DNA of 45,814 bases from Planctomycetaceae bacterium. Lineage in GTDB: Bacteria; Planctomycetota; Planctomycetia; Planctomycetales; Planctomycetaceae. Within the stretch, counting starts at the first letter, position 1. Every line of letters begins with the position of its first letter. The DNA lies in NCBI GenBank assembly GCA_031402175.1, contig JANNSB010000507.1:1-45814 (forward strand). The letters run 5' to 3'. Both the position numbers and the translations under genes were made by a program. Below are positions 9,081 through 17,651 of this stretch, piece by piece. The notes beneath the pieces were generated by a model. It was not told the DNA's origin. It saw nothing but the letters and a program-made list of their open reading frames with translations, and made no database searches.

Positions 9081-9917
9081 TCAGCGAACCACGGTTTCGA
9101 TCTGATCGACATGCAGCACGACGCGAGTCCGCACGAACTGGTCGGGATCGGTCTTGAACCGCTGACGGTTCGCGTCCGACACGAACAGGTAGAGTTCGTC
9201 GTCATAGAAGGCCCCGTACCGCACATCGCCGGGGAGCGCCCGGTCGGTTTCCCAGACGACGACTGGGTCGCAGCCGAGATACTTCGGGGCGAACCGCTCG
9301 GGACTGGCCTCGAATTCCGCCAATGCTTCGGCCGAGACGAAGTGATAGGCCTGACCGTGGTATTCGCCGGTAAACGACAGGCTGCCCTTTTCCCAGCGGC
9401 GGTGCATCTGCAGCGTGAAAGGGCAATACCCGCCCAGCATCAGGTTCGGTTCGGTGATAATGACGTTCTGGACATCGTCGGCCGTCTGCCGGCTCGCGAT
9501 CAGGTCGTTGTAACGGGTCGCGGCGCGGTCGATCGACGCCACGTATTCGCTGAGCGTCCGGGGGCCGGTCGACTCGATCATCCGCGTGCCGTCGGGTTCG
9601 ATCACGATGTCGGAGGGGAGTCTTTGGATGCCGTATTCGGAAGCCAGTTCGGGGTAGTCGTCGGCATTGATTTTTACGCCCACGACTTTGCTCTCGAGCG
9701 CGGTGAGCACCTGGCTCTGATTGAGGACGGTGCTTTCCATTGTCCGGCAAGGTCCGCACCAATCCGCGTAGAAGTGCAACAGAATCGGTTTCTGTTCTTC
9801 GGCGGCTTGAGCCTTGGCGGCATCGAGGTTGTCCAACCATCCCTCGGCAGCCGGGGCCGGAGAGGCGGCGGTGACCAAGATGAGTAACAAAGCGTGGCGG
9901 GTTGATTTGCGAGACAT
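9081..9917 (-). CDS. Secreted thioredoxin-fold protein with tandem YHS-like C-terminal repeats
   Basis: ATG at 9915-9917 is preceded by AAGGAG (complement of 9923-9928) with a 5-nt spacer. Signal peptide: HALLLILVTAASPAPAAEG. Canonical active site: FYADWCGPC. The C-terminus has two ...Y.G..Y.F.S......F...P..F repeats (GEYHGQAYHFVSAEALAEFEASPERF; YGAFYDDELYLFVSDANRQRFKTDPDQF). Confidence 0.8.
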   Translation of the reverse strand: MSRKSTRHALLLILVTAASPAPAAEGWLDNLDAAKAQAAEEQKPILLHFYADWCGPCRTMESTVLNQSQVLTALESKVVGVKINADDYPELASEYGIQRLPSDIVIEPDGTRMIESTGPRTLSEYVASIDRAATRYNDLIASRQTADDVQNVIITEPNLMLGGYCPFTLQMHRRWEKGSLSFTGEYHGQAYHFVSAEALAEFEASPERFAPKYLGCDPVVVWETDRALPGDVRYGAFYDDELYLFVSDANRQRFKTDPDQFVRTRVVLHVDQIETVVR

Positions 9918-10570
9918 CGCAGCTCCTTATCGCGGGTGTCTGATTTACTTCAATCAGGTGTGTGTGCCTGCATCTTCGCGGCACCAGGTGTCAAACCTCT
10001 TTCGCCCAACGTAGGTGAAGAGGTATGGCTTCCTGCCGTAGTTCGCGATCCCGTCCTTGGTGTCGCACGACCTTCGCAGTCTCAGTCCACGAAGGGGGTA
10101 GGGCATCCGTTCTGGGGAGTTTTCACCACGATTCACACGGCCATGTCTGTCTCTATCGACGGCAGGTTGAGTGATTCGGTGAATGAACTCAGGGGGAGCC
10201 GAATTCGGTTGACGCAACTAATCACAATGCGCCAGGTATTCGGCATTGAACAAAGATTCCGTTCTTGTCCGACACTCCACTTAGCGAGAGGAATCCGTCT
10301 CATGGGGGTCGGAAACTGCAGCGACTTCCTTAAGTTGGTGGGCTGTCCTTCTGCCTGTACCACTTGGGTTGGTGGAGATGTTTGCGAGACCGTTCCACCC
10401 CTGCAACCATCTTGAACTGTTGATCCAGAAAAAACGGGCAATTTGCGAGGTTCGGGAAGGGTTTCAGGGGACGATAGGTCTTGCATCACATTGATTTACG
10501 ACCATTCCAGGGGATGATGTCCCAGGATTAGGAATGACATGTCGACAACATGTGCAAAACGAGTGCCCGT

Positions 10571-11833
10571 CTAACTGGCCGAATTGGCCTGTTCTGCGAC
10601 GACAATCCGGTCGAGTACGGCGGGGTCATGGCGATTCAATCGTGGCACGTCGGCAATCGAGTAGAGGTGCCCGTATTTGAGGCCGGTCCCCGTATTGAAT
10701 AGGACGGTTCGCTCGCCGGGATCGAGCCACCCGGCATCGAGGAGCCTCTTGGCGGCGGCCCAAACCGCTCCCCCTTCAGGGCATGCGTAAATTCCCTGAA
10801 ACCTGGCCAGTTCCTCGACCCCCTGCATCAGTTCGGCGTCGGACACAGAAATCGCCGTCCCGCAGCTTTGACGGACGGCCCTGAGCATCAAGAAATCGCC
10901 GACAGCAGCCGGGACGCGAAGTCCGGAGGCCAACGTGTTTGCGTTCTCAAATAACCGTGCGTGTTCGGCCCCTTCCTCAAACGCTCGAACAATGGGAGCA
11001 CAGCCGTCGGCTTGCACCACCACCATGCGGGGACGGTCCGATCCGATCCAGCCCAGTTGTTCCATCTCGTCGAAGGCTTTCCACATCCCGATTAGGCCTG
11101 TTCCCCCTCCAGTGGGGTAGAAGATGACATCGGGGAGGCGGAGCGATCCATCCCTGAGCTCGGCGAAGTCAAACGCCAGCTCGTACCCCATAGTTTTCTT
11201 CCCTTCGAGGCGGAAGGGTTCCTTGAGAGTGGACAGGTCGAACCACCCGAACCGCTCACAGCCCTGGCGGACGAGTGCGCCGCAGTCGTTGATCAATCCA
11301 TTGACCAGATAGACATTTGCTCCGCATAACTGGGCCTCAATGACGTTTGCGGGGGGCGTATCCTCGGGCATGAAGACGTAGCAGGGAATTCCGGCCGCGG
11401 CGGCGTAGCTGGCAGCCGCGCCGCCTGCATTTCCGGCGGATGGTAACGCGACGGCCGTCACACCGAGGGCCTTGGCACGAGTGATGGCAGCCGACATGCC
11501 GCGGGCCTTGAAACTTCCCGTAGGATTGAACGATTCGTCCTTGATGAAGAGTTCCTTGCAGCCGGCAAACGGCCCCTTCCGGCTGCAGCGCAAGAGCGGC
11601 GTACACCCTTCCCCCAGAGAAACGGCCTCGTCAGGGGAGTTGACAGGAAGCACTTCCCAGAACTTCCACATCGATCGCAGGTGGCGCCGACTGACGACTT
11701 CGGGAGTCCAGCCAGGTCGCAACTGGTCGAGGTCGTACTCGGCAATGAGCGGTTTGCCAGTGGGACCGAGGTTCTGGAGCCGGTCGATGGGGACCGTTTC
11801 TCCAGTCGCGGAACAGCGAAGCGTGATGTGCAT
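10571..11833 (-). CDS. thrC: Threonine synthase (PLP-dependent, beta family)
   Basis: 420 aa, ATG start. PLP-lysine motif FNPTGSFKARGM; glycine-rich loop PTGGGTGLIG; overall ThrC-like layout. Confidence 0.85.
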   Translation of the reverse strand: MHITLRCSATGETVPIDRLQNLGPTGKPLIAEYDLDQLRPGWTPEVVSRRHLRSMWKFWEVLPVNSPDEAVSLGEGCTPLLRCSRKGPFAGCKELFIKDESFNPTGSFKARGMSAAITRAKALGVTAVALPSAGNAGGAAASYAAAAGIPCYVFMPEDTPPANVIEAQLCGANVYLVNGLINDCGALVRQGCERFGWFDLSTLKEPFRLEGKKTMGYELAFDFAELRDGSLRLPDVIFYPTGGGTGLIGMWKAFDEMEQLGWIGSDRPRMVVVQADGCAPIVRAFEEGAEHARLFENANTLASGLRVPAAVGDFLMLRAVRQSCGTAISVSDAELMQGVEELARFQGIYACPEGGAVWAAAKRLLDAGWLDPGERTVLFNTGTGLKYGHLYSIADVPRLNRHDPAVLDRIVVAEQANSAS

Positions 11834-12162
11834 GGGGCTGAATGGGCGTCGAAGTAACGGTGCGAGGTAAACGGCCCATCGTTGAGCAAACAGGTCGGGG
11901 ATTCAAGCAATGGCGAACAAGCAGGTTGACGGTCCAGTCTGCCCAATTTCAGCAAATGGAGCGACCGTTCCGGTCCGATTCCGATGCCCGCCGGGATACG
12001 GTCAGATTCGGATTGATCTTCCTTCGGTCACGCAGAGCGGCAAAAAAAGCTGACAGCGGTCTGTAAGCCGATAGAATCAACTCTGAGAAGCCGAGTTGAG
12101 AAGTACACAGGCGGACACGGACGTCCTGGACCTTGATAGCTATTCGGGTTGGGAGACGTGAA

Positions 12163-13410
12163 ATGCGATGCGCGATTGCAAGCTTGATTTTCGGACTGCT
12201 GCTGACAGCATCGGCCCTTGGCGGCGAGAGTTCATTCGCCTCGTTGCCGTCGCAGGAGATGCTGGGCCGGTATGGTCTCGAATTGGCCTGGTGGGGCCAG
12301 GCCGACATTGATCCTGGCGAAGATCAGGTCGAATTCCTGACGGCCGACGAGCGATTGACCTATGTGCAGACCCGCACGGGGCTGCTGACGGCCTTCAGTT
12401 CCGAAACGGGACGCGAAGTCTGGTCGGTGCTGCCGGGTCGGCCGCATCAACAGTCGTTCCCCGTCGTGACCAACGACGACTTGGTCGTGCTTCCGGTCGG
12501 CATGCGGATGTACGGCATCAACAAGACGACCGGCGACATCGAGTGGGAGTTGGAGCTCGAACACCATCCGTCCACATCGCCCGAACTTGATGCACAACGG
12601 GTCTTCATCGGTTCCGCGCGGGGCAACGTGATCTGCTACGACCTGAAACGGATCAACGAGTTGTACGCCGAGGATTCGCTGCCGGAACTGACCTTCCTGG
12701 CCGAGCTTTGGCAGTATCAGACGCCGGGCCAGATCATGTCGGCTCCTGTCTCCGACGGACTCGTGGTAAACATCGCCTGTGAGGCCCGGACGTTGTATGC
12801 CGTGTCGGCCCAACTCGCGGAGCTTCGCTTTCAGGTCGAAACGCACGACCCCATCACCACGCCGATGGGTCGAAATCAGGATTCGGTCTTTCTGGCCGCG
12901 GCCGACACATTGCTGTGTGTGCGTCAGGTAAATGGCAGCATTCGCTGGAGATTCGCCGCGGGTTCGCCCATTAACGAAGCCGCCCGCCCCATCGGCAACG
13001 ATGTCTTCGTAACTCCGACGGAAGGGGGCATGTTCTGCCTTTCGCTCGCGACAGGACTGAGACGCTGGAATCAACCAGCGGCCCGTTCCTTCCTGGCAGC
13101 CAGCGGCGAATACGTCTATGCCGAGGACAACGTCGGCAACGTGCTGATCCTGTCTCGGTCGGACGGCACGATCGACGGGTCGCTGCCGCTGCGAGAATTC
13201 CCGATTCGCATTCACAACGACCGCACCGATCGCCTTTATCTGGGAACGACGACGGGGCTGGTGATCTGCCTGCGAGAACAAGCCCGCTCGTTTCCGATGT
13301 ACCACCGCTATCCCGAGCGCCAACCGATCGTGCCGATTCTCGCTCCCGATGAGCCGGCAGTGCCGGCGGAAGATTCAGCCGAGCCGAACGCGGAAGAAAC
13401 CGCTGAGTGA
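12163..13410 (+). CDS. PQQ-like / BamB-like beta-propeller repeat protein, secreted
   Basis: I place the start at ATG 12163 (MRCAIASLIFGLLLTASALG signal peptide; GGGAGA lies 7 nt upstream). Repeated propeller blades occur throughout: ...VFIGSARGNVICYD, ...TLYAVSA, ...TLLCVRQVNGSIRW, ...GGMFCLSLATGLRRW, ...TTGLVICL. Confidence 0.7.
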   Translation: MRCAIASLIFGLLLTASALGGESSFASLPSQEMLGRYGLELAWWGQADIDPGEDQVEFLTADERLTYVQTRTGLLTAFSSETGREVWSVLPGRPHQQSFPVVTNDDLVVLPVGMRMYGINKTTGDIEWELELEHHPSTSPELDAQRVFIGSARGNVICYDLKRINELYAEDSLPELTFLAELWQYQTPGQIMSAPVSDGLVVNIACEARTLYAVSAQLAELRFQVETHDPITTPMGRNQDSVFLAAADTLLCVRQVNGSIRWRFAAGSPINEAARPIGNDVFVTPTEGGMFCLSLATGLRRWNQPAARSFLAASGEYVYAEDNVGNVLILSRSDGTIDGSLPLREFPIRIHNDRTDRLYLGTTTGLVICLREQARSFPMYHRYPERQPIVPILAPDEPAVPAEDSAEPNAEETAE

Positions 13411-13424
13411 GTTGGCGATGAGTC

Positions 13425-14711
13425 TCACTTCAGGATGCGGAGCCACAGCGCCTTGAGGTATTCGGTTTCCGGATCGCGCCGTGACACCGGATGGTCGGCG
13501 GAGGCCCCGCTCGTCAGCAGCAATTGCGCCCGGCTCTCCTCCGGGAGCGACGAGAAGACGACGCGCCGAAACTCCTCGAGCGACACCAGTCCGCTGCAAC
13601 TGCAAGTGAGCAGAATTCCTCCATCGGACACGACCTGGGATGCCAGGCGATTGAGGTCGTGGTACTTTTGCAGCCCTTCTCTCTGCTCGTCGCGATCGAA
13701 CACCAGTTTGGGCGGGTCAAGCACGACCACCGGGAATTGCTGACCATTGCGGATCAGATCACGCAGGTATCCGAACGCATCAGCATGCACGAACCGAATC
13801 TTGCACTGGTTGCGTCCCGCGTTCCGCTGGGCCAGCGCGATCGCTGCTTCATCGAGATCCACTCCGATCACTTCTGTCGCGCCGCCGCGGCATTTGGCCT
13901 GGATCGAGAATCCACCCGTGTAGCAGCAGAGGTCAAGGACCGACTTTCCGGCTGACATGTCCGCCAGCCGCAGTCGATTCTCGCGTTGATCGCAGAAAAA
14001 CCCCGTCTTGTGTCCATCAGCCAGATCAACCACGAATTGCGTGCCGGCCTCGCGAACCACGACTTCCCGCGGGCAGCCCGTCGAAGAGCGAAACGGAACC
14101 TCGAAGCCTTCCTGCTCCTGCGTCCTGGGACCAGGTCGCAGCACCCAGTGCGAAGTTCCGAGCAATTGTCCCAGACGATTGAGGATCGCTTCGCCGCGCT
14201 GCCACGCACCCAGCGTGTACGCTTCCATCACCAGCACATCGTGGTATCGGTCGATCGTCGCGCCCGGCAAGGCATCGGCTTCACCATAAACTACCCGCCA
14301 GGCATCCGACTGCTCCGGGAGCCGCAGCCAATTGGTTCGCAGTTCGGAAGCCTGGGTCAGCAGATGGTCCCACCAGGCTTCATCGGGCGGTTCGCTTGCT
14401 CGCGAAATGAGCCTGACCGCAATCGTGGAAACCGGGTTCCACCAGCCGAAGCCGGCGTGCGTGCCTTCGTCCGTCTTGACCTGTACCAGGTCTCCGGGCG
14501 CAAGGTTGCGGTCGCTGTGTGCGATCTGCTTGCGAAAGATACTGGAGCGCTTGCCCAGTGAGCGGACCGTCACCACGAGCGGCGTGGATTCATCGACCAG
14601 CGGACGCTGGACCGCGAACTCGATCGCATCGCGTGTCGCGGCCGGCGAGCGCCGGCGGCCACGAAATTCACGTCCTGATTCTCCGCGCCCGGGCGGTTGC
14701 CAATTGGGCAT
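13425..14711 (-). CDS. rlmI: Class I SAM-dependent rRNA methyltransferase, RlmI-like (PUA + MTase)
   Basis: SAM-binding motif VLDLCCYTGGFS, VIGVDLDEAAIALAQRNA and catalytic VVLDPPK, with a PUA-like N-terminal part (GDLVQVKTDEGTHAGFGWWNP). Confidence 0.8.
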   Translation of the reverse strand: MPNWQPPGRGESGREFRGRRRSPAATRDAIEFAVQRPLVDESTPLVVTVRSLGKRSSIFRKQIAHSDRNLAPGDLVQVKTDEGTHAGFGWWNPVSTIAVRLISRASEPPDEAWWDHLLTQASELRTNWLRLPEQSDAWRVVYGEADALPGATIDRYHDVLVMEAYTLGAWQRGEAILNRLGQLLGTSHWVLRPGPRTQEQEGFEVPFRSSTGCPREVVVREAGTQFVVDLADGHKTGFFCDQRENRLRLADMSAGKSVLDLCCYTGGFSIQAKCRGGATEVIGVDLDEAAIALAQRNAGRNQCKIRFVHADAFGYLRDLIRNGQQFPVVVLDPPKLVFDRDEQREGLQKYHDLNRLASQVVSDGGILLTCSCSGLVSLEEFRRVVFSSLPEESRAQLLLTSGASADHPVSRRDPETEYLKALWLRILK

Positions 14712-14715
14712 GGAA

Positions 14716-14856
14716 TCAACTCGGCATTGCCCAGCCGTAATTATTCAATTCGAGAATCAGGAAGACGCACCCGGTGATGAGGGCGGCCACCGACACGAAC
14801 AGCAGGCCCGTGTAGACATCCGGCTGCGGATCAGATTCATAGCTTTGTGGTGACAT
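14716..14856 (-). CDS. 46-aa single-pass membrane micro-protein (below the 60-aa threshold of the ORF track)
   Basis: My translation is MSPQSYESDPQPDVYTGLLFVSVAALITGCVFLILELNNYGWAMPS. ATG at 14854-14856, TGA at 14716-14718. GC-rich third positions resemble neighbouring genes. One clear hydrophobic helix. It overlaps the upstream gene end by 20 nt and ends 4 nt before the rlmI-like start. Confidence 0.55.
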   Translation of the reverse strand: MSPQSYESDPQPDVYTGLLFVSVAALITGCVFLILELNNYGWAMPS

Positions 14857-15697
14857 AGTCGGCTACCTCGATGATTCCGTTGCGGTTTTCGTTGAGCACG
14901 TCCGCCACGGCCCGGTCAGGCAGCGTCGACGTGATTTTGATCTGTCCGATGTAGAGAGTTTCACCATTGACGATACGGTACACATCCAGGACGTGGCCGT
15001 CTTGCAGCCCGTCATCTTCTCCCAGCGAAATCTGCACGAGCTTGGGGCGGCCGGCCTCATCCAGGCTGACTTCCATGATGCGTCCATCGACGGGAGGAGG
15101 CGGCGCCAGGATATCGCCCAGCAGCCGGGTCAAGGGATCGATCCCGTTCTGATTGAGCAACGCGAGATAATGGGCGCTGGTTTCCTGCAGATCCGTAAAT
15201 CGGCGCTGCAGTTCGGCGAGTTCGACGCCTTGCGCGAAGATCGTGTCGTTGGCCGTCCGCTGTTCGGTCTGAATGGCGTCCAGAGCGGCTTGCTGCGCCA
15301 AGTTCTCCGTACGCTGTTGCTCGGCTTCTTCCTGGCGGAAATTGGCTTCGAGTGCGGCGCGCTCCTGTTCTCCTTCCAGTCGCGAGATTTCCTGCGCGAG
15401 AAGTTGATTGTCCCGATTGGCCGCCTGCAACAGGGTATCAGCCTGTCTGGCGTTGTTTCCCTGCAACGTTGCCTCTGCGTCGGCGTCGTCGATTTGCTGC
15501 TGGATCTGATCGCGTTCGGCCTGGAACTCGCCGCGTGCTGTGTCCAACTCGCCGCGCAATGTGTCCACCATCTGGTCGGCGGTGTTGAATTGCGCCCTCC
15601 AGTTCTGATGCACGGCAAACACCGCCCCCGCAAAGGCCATGAAGCAGAAGCTCAAGACCACTTGCACGACAATCAGGACTTTGCCGAGGAATGTCAT
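14837..15697 (-). CDS. Membrane-anchored coiled-coil protein with C-terminal beta-rich domain (uncharacterised)
   Basis: The track start at 15742 is GTG. ATG 15695-15697 gives MTFLGKVLIVVQVVLSFCFMAFAGAVFAV (a TM helix), which parallels the N-terminus of the upstream paralogue. It is followed by ~160 aa of Q/E/A/R-rich heptad-like sequence. The C-terminus reads GRIMEVSLDEAGRPKLVQISLGEDDGLQDGHVLDVYRIVNGETLYIGQIKITS... Confidence 0.75.
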   Translation of the reverse strand: MTFLGKVLIVVQVVLSFCFMAFAGAVFAVHQNWRAQFNTADQMVDTLRGELDTARGEFQAERDQIQQQIDDADAEATLQGNNARQADTLLQAANRDNQLLAQEISRLEGEQERAALEANFRQEEAEQQRTENLAQQAALDAIQTEQRTANDTIFAQGVELAELQRRFTDLQETSAHYLALLNQNGIDPLTRLLGDILAPPPPVDGRIMEVSLDEAGRPKLVQISLGEDDGLQDGHVLDVYRIVNGETLYIGQIKITSTLPDRAVADVLNENRNGIIEVADYVTTKL

Positions 15698-15792
15698 TTG
15701 CGATTCCTTGTGGAAGTCAGGCTTCCGTCGGATGGCCGACACTGGCCCGCGCTGTTATTCCATTGCGGGATCTGGTGGGGACTCTAGGGAAA

Positions 15793-16461
15793 TTATTGGG
15801 CTTCGGGGAGCGCCGCACCTTGCTCGACCAATTGGGTCTCACGGCGATGCGCGCGCTCAAGTTCACCGTCGATCTGATGGATCAACTGCGTCAGTTGCGA
15901 GATGATCTGTTCGGCACGAAACTGATCGACGTAGATTTCATCATACTGGGCCTGCAGGCGAAAAACGTCGGTGCGCCTGGCGTTGAGCCGCTCCTGAATC
16001 TTCAGGACTTCATCCTGCTGGACCTGCACTTGCTGGCCGACCCCCTCGGTCTGGACGCGAAGTGCTTCGAGATCTTCACGCAACGTATTGGACCGTTGTT
16101 CCAGCGCGATGATGTCGGCGGCGTTGGCGGCTTCGATTTCGGTGCTCAGCACCGCGGAGGCATCTTCCTTGGCCTTCGCGTCGGCGATTTCAGTCTGCTG
16201 GTCCCGCACGGCATCAGCGTAGGTCGCATCGAGAACCGCGGCGAGACTGGCGTTCTGGACCACCCGTTCTTCCCCGATGATCTGATACGATTCCCACATC
16301 GGCTCATCGCCGCCTGTGTTCGTGATCCGATAGCGGTCCTTGAGTCGGTCGATGTCCGACTGATAGTTGGGTCCGCCAACCAGCAGCACCGTGGCGAATC
16401 CCATGAATGAGATACTGGCCACGGCGATGAAGACGACGAGGATTTTGCCGACTTGGTTCAT
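15793..16461 (-). CDS. Membrane-anchored coiled-coil protein (uncharacterised; paralogue of 14837..15697)
   Basis: The track ORF extends to 16833, but its first 124 codons are R-rich junk. ATG 16459-16461 gives MNQVGKILVVFIAVASISFMGFATVLLVGG (a TM helix), followed by a long Q/E/A-rich helical region. Confidence 0.7.
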   Translation of the reverse strand: MNQVGKILVVFIAVASISFMGFATVLLVGGPNYQSDIDRLKDRYRITNTGGDEPMWESYQIIGEERVVQNASLAAVLDATYADAVRDQQTEIADAKAKEDASAVLSTEIEAANAADIIALEQRSNTLREDLEALRVQTEGVGQQVQVQQDEVLKIQERLNARRTDVFRLQAQYDEIYVDQFRAEQIISQLTQLIHQIDGELERAHRRETQLVEQGAALPEAQ

Positions 16462-16818
16462 AGCGGAATCGGCGGTTTCCCGCGACGGAGACCCGCAAGA
16501 TGGGATGAAGGGATGATCCGCGCTTGACGAGCAGATCGTCTCCCCCCGATTTTCGGCTATCTGCCGGTCGTTTCGCAAGTCTGTCCTGCACATGCCAACG
16601 AGGATTTGGCGATCGGGAATCCGGTAGGGGTTACGGCGTCGGCGACGTTTGCAGCGGTCGTCGCCCCCATTCCGGTCGTAACGATTCTCACGCTTTTCAC
16701 GCCGCGACAGTCGCCAGGCCTCCCGGGGAGCCGATGCTAGTAACAGGCGATTCCCGTTGGAGATGCCCATGTGCGCAGGGTGTCCGTCGGCTGATTCGTC
16801 CCCCCGGGAGCACGGAAG

Positions 16819-17625
16819 ATGCGACACTTCCACCGATCACCACTGCTGCTGCGCACCGACGCACTCGAAGAGTCGTTGGCCCGCCTGGCCTACCTCATCG
16901 AGCGCGGCCGGCCATTGGGATATTTATCGGGGCCTGCCGGAGTCGGGAAGTCGACCGCCCTCTGGCTGCTGGCGGATGAAGTGCGCACACCCGGCCGCAA
17001 AGTCGTGCAATTGAGCGCGGCGGGAATGTCGGGCCGCACACTGCTGCTGGCCCTGACCGCAGAACTGGGTCTGGGGCGTTCCAGCCAGTTGATGCCCGAC
17101 CGGCAAGACCTGCTGCTGGAGTATCTGGTCGGCATGTCGGCCACACGCGAGTCGGCGGTGATTCTGCTCGACGATTTCGACATGGCCGACGAGTCGTGCC
17201 AGGGTCTGATGTCGTCGATGCTTCGCAGGCTGGCGCCGACCGAGACCAGAGTGTCACTGATTGCTGCCGTCACAGAGCCGAGTGCCAGCGCCTGCGGTCG
17301 TTCTCGGGCCGACCTGGTCGTTCAGCTCACTCCCTGGACGCTGCACGAGACGGCTAAATATGCGCTAGGAGTCATCAATCGCCGAAATCGCAATTCGACG
17401 GCAAGCGTATGCCTCATTGATGACCCCGGCTTGCGCGCGCTGCATGAAAGTTCTGCGGGAATCCCAGGCCGTCTCGAACGAATACTCGAACTTTCACAGC
17501 TCGGTTGCGAGGCGTTGGAAGAGTCTCGATTGACCGCAGAGATGGTCTGGGCCGCTTCGCAGGAACTCTTCCCGCATCACGCATCGTACTCCCGCACGCC
17601 GCCCTTGCGACCAGTCGAGGCCTAG
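16819..17625 (+). CDS. P-loop AAA-type ATPase, ExeA/GspA-like
   Basis: Walker A: LSGPAGVGKST. Walker B: AVILLDDFD. Length and order resemble the ExeA-type AAA_22 domain. ATG at 16819. Confidence 0.6.
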   Translation: MRHFHRSPLLLRTDALEESLARLAYLIERGRPLGYLSGPAGVGKSTALWLLADEVRTPGRKVVQLSAAGMSGRTLLLALTAELGLGRSSQLMPDRQDLLLEYLVGMSATRESAVILLDDFDMADESCQGLMSSMLRRLAPTETRVSLIAAVTEPSASACGRSRADLVVQLTPWTLHETAKYALGVINRRNRNSTASVCLIDDPGLRALHESSAGIPGRLERILELSQLGCEALEESRLTAEMVWAASQELFPHHASYSRTPPLRPVEA

Positions 17626-17651
17626 GCAAGCTGGCCACGTCGACGCCGCCG

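Noticed and set aside
8859-9887. 342-aa plus-strand ORF
   Set aside because: It starts inside repeat copy B (peptide ..IRENPRHPPNPRS..) and is antisense to the thioredoxin gene, which has a WCGPC site, a signal peptide, an RBS and a terminator. Its composition is G/R/V-rich, typical of a shadow ORF.
10021-10080. Possible SRP (4.5S) RNA, because of GGCAGGAAGCC on the minus strand
   Set aside because: It does not reproduce the conserved domain IV sequence (GGAAGGAAGCAGCC-type) or its symmetric loop. Similarity is limited to a few bases.
10429-10434. T6 run on the minus strand as a thrC terminator
   Set aside because: There is no stable hairpin immediately upstream of the T-run on that strand.
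9936-10489. ORFs 9936-10415 (+) and 10133-10489 (-) in the long spacer
   Set aside because: Their composition is not protein-like, they have no motifs, and they overlap each other. The region is treated as non-coding.
12232-13323. 363-aa minus-strand ORF
   Set aside because: It is antisense to the beta-propeller repeat gene, which has a signal peptide and repeated blade motifs.
15793-16833. Full 346-aa version of the coiled-coil ORF, with overlap onto the ATPase gene start
   Set aside because: Its first 124 codons are R-rich and would overlap the divergent ATPase start. The internal ATG at 16461 yields an N-terminus parallel to that of the paralogue.
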